A DNA stretch of 63,514 nucleotides, filler included, from Rhabdomonas costata (Eukaryota), in assembly GCA_019059605.1 (NCBI GenBank). It is 50 parts of 50 records of this genome, joined end to end, with 100 filler letters (N's around TTAATTAATTAA, not from the genome) between each part and the next. Parts side by side here need not be neighbours in the genome. Positions count along the whole stretch, not along the records: positions 61,071 to 62,242 come from JAHMHO010025136.1; positions 62,343 to 63,514 come from JAHMHO010025137.1; 48 more parts are not named here. One strand, 5' to 3'. This document shows positions 62,201 through 63,514 of the stretch, in pieces. A program made the translations under genes and the position numbers. The stretch's first letter is position 1; each line of letters starts with the position of its first letter. Below the pieces are notes generated by a model that searched no databases, was not told where the DNA came from, and saw only the letters and a program-made list of their open reading frames with translations.

Positions 62201-63514
62201 CGATACAGCCCACGCCGAAATTCCCACGTAGAACCCAAAACCNNNNNNNNNNNNNNNNNNNNNNNNNNNNNNNNNNNNNNNNNNNNTTAATTAATTAANN
62301 NNNNNNNNNNNNNNNNNNNNNNNNNNNNNNNNNNNNNNNNNNACAAGAAGGGAAAGGGAACGCGAACGAAATTCGGCAGCTAGAAGTCTCTCCTTTATGC
62401 CAGAACGGCCTCCAACATATGTGCATAACTTGCAGTAACCTCTCTTCGGATTCGAGTGCACCGCCGCCTTTCCATCGGACCTTTCTCCAAACTCCTGTGC
62501 CTGGGGTTCTAATTGGCTCTTGGCTATGGCTCATCACTCAATCCCGAAAACCGCAAAAGCAAGGGCATTATTGGGATGATTTCCGGCAGTTGATCCAGAA
62601 TCCTGCCGCGACTGGTAGGACTGATCCAACGAGTACGATCCACTGCGCACAGGGGAAAACTTCAAAAGATAACAGTACAACACTGCGACAAGTGCAAGGC
62701 CAAACCACGCTCTTTTTTTTTGGCATCCGCAACCCCAAAAAGGGACGGGCAGTGGAAAGAGAAGCGGAATGCGGAATCGCGTGGGGACATAACAGAAACG
62801 AACAGGTTTGCGGTTAATGGTCCAAAGAACCATCACAAAGGAGTCACAAGACTCCCGAGCCCCTTTCTCGAAAGGTAGAAAACAAAAGCGATGAATCGCG
62901 CGGCCTGTCAGACCGCATCGAGCAGAAAGTGGAAGGTGAAATGAAACCGGGGCCGAGGCTGATTGAGTGCAGCGTCGGCAAACAGACCCGCGCACACCCA
63001 CACCTGTACACACAGACACTCGCCCCTGCAGCAGTGATTGAAGAAGAGTGAAGGAAGCACATTCATCGGGGAGCCTGGGGGCACAGCAAGTCACTCAATA
63101 GCTTGCAAAGACCATTGCCGCTGACACAGACTTGCAGGAACTAGGGTCCACTCTATGCCAGCAGGACATGAAGGTGAAGGGCAGATGGGAAGTACACCTC
63201 CACCTCGTGGGAAAACGCCCTGCGCAATGCCAAAGTTTTGGACGGCGTTAGCTGTCCCTCGGGGTTGCACGAAGCCTGCCTCACCGCTGTACATCGAGCT
63301 TGAGACTTGCGTGCACACAGAGAAATTATGCTATCTCGATCACAAAACCAAATCGAATGAATGCAATACAAAATGAAAAAAACAAAGGTCAGAGCGAAGA
63401 GAAAAGGGGCACATGAACATCGGTTCAGAAAGAGTCACACATGCACCGTGCTGTGGAAAATCATCACTCGCTACCTAGGGCAGAAGTGGGATCAAGCGCC
63501 GCCGCCCCAAAACC

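Noticed and set aside
1174-62342. Regularly spaced identical TTAATTAATTAA units resembling a repeat or CRISPR-like array
   Set aside because: They are synthetic six-frame-stop linkers flanked by fixed N runs; the spacing only reflects similar contig lengths.
59799-63514. Exon-like stretches in the last three contigs (and similarly at 1-2445, 3816-4988, 8907-11352, 20364-21536, 33086-34257, 41989-43160, 45808-48251 and 50896-52064)
   Set aside because: Some plausible AG/GT-bounded frames, but no motif I can recognise, so I make no product call.

Overview
This window is not one locus. It is 50 unrelated contigs of about 1.17 kb each, joined by an artificial 100-nt linker (44 N + TTAATTAATTAA + 44 N). 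Most contig ends carry G/T-only (5') or C/A-only (3') tails, and several end in fold-back hairpins, which points to whole-genome-amplified (probably single-cell) material. Most contigs are intron-rich eukaryotic DNA with short exons and GT-AG introns, plus some inferred GC-AG introns. I infer a euglenozoan, euglenid-like protist from TTAGGG repeats, Cache/HAMP/cyclase-type receptor fragments, a beta-phosphoglucomutase-like gene and MMACHC. Recognisable gene fragments include acyl-CoA synthetase, glutamate synthase, POP4, a BEACH protein, an ABC1 kinase, TRPV-like and Cav/Nav-like channels, a TPP2-like subtilase, MMACHC, a CCCH zinc finger, cysteine desulfurase, a METTL24-like protein, P5CS/ProA, an ABCA transporter, PP2C and an ankyrin repeat. 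One contig (21637-22807) is clearly prokaryotic or phage-like. It has two divergent Arc-family ribbon-helix-helix regulators with the same DNA-reading strand (RITLR), flanking three 17-bp dyad repeats and a TTGACA promoter. This is a candidate lambda CI/Cro-style switch built from RHH proteins and is the top finding. About a third of the contigs could not be assigned. All family calls come from motif recognition by eye, not from database searches.
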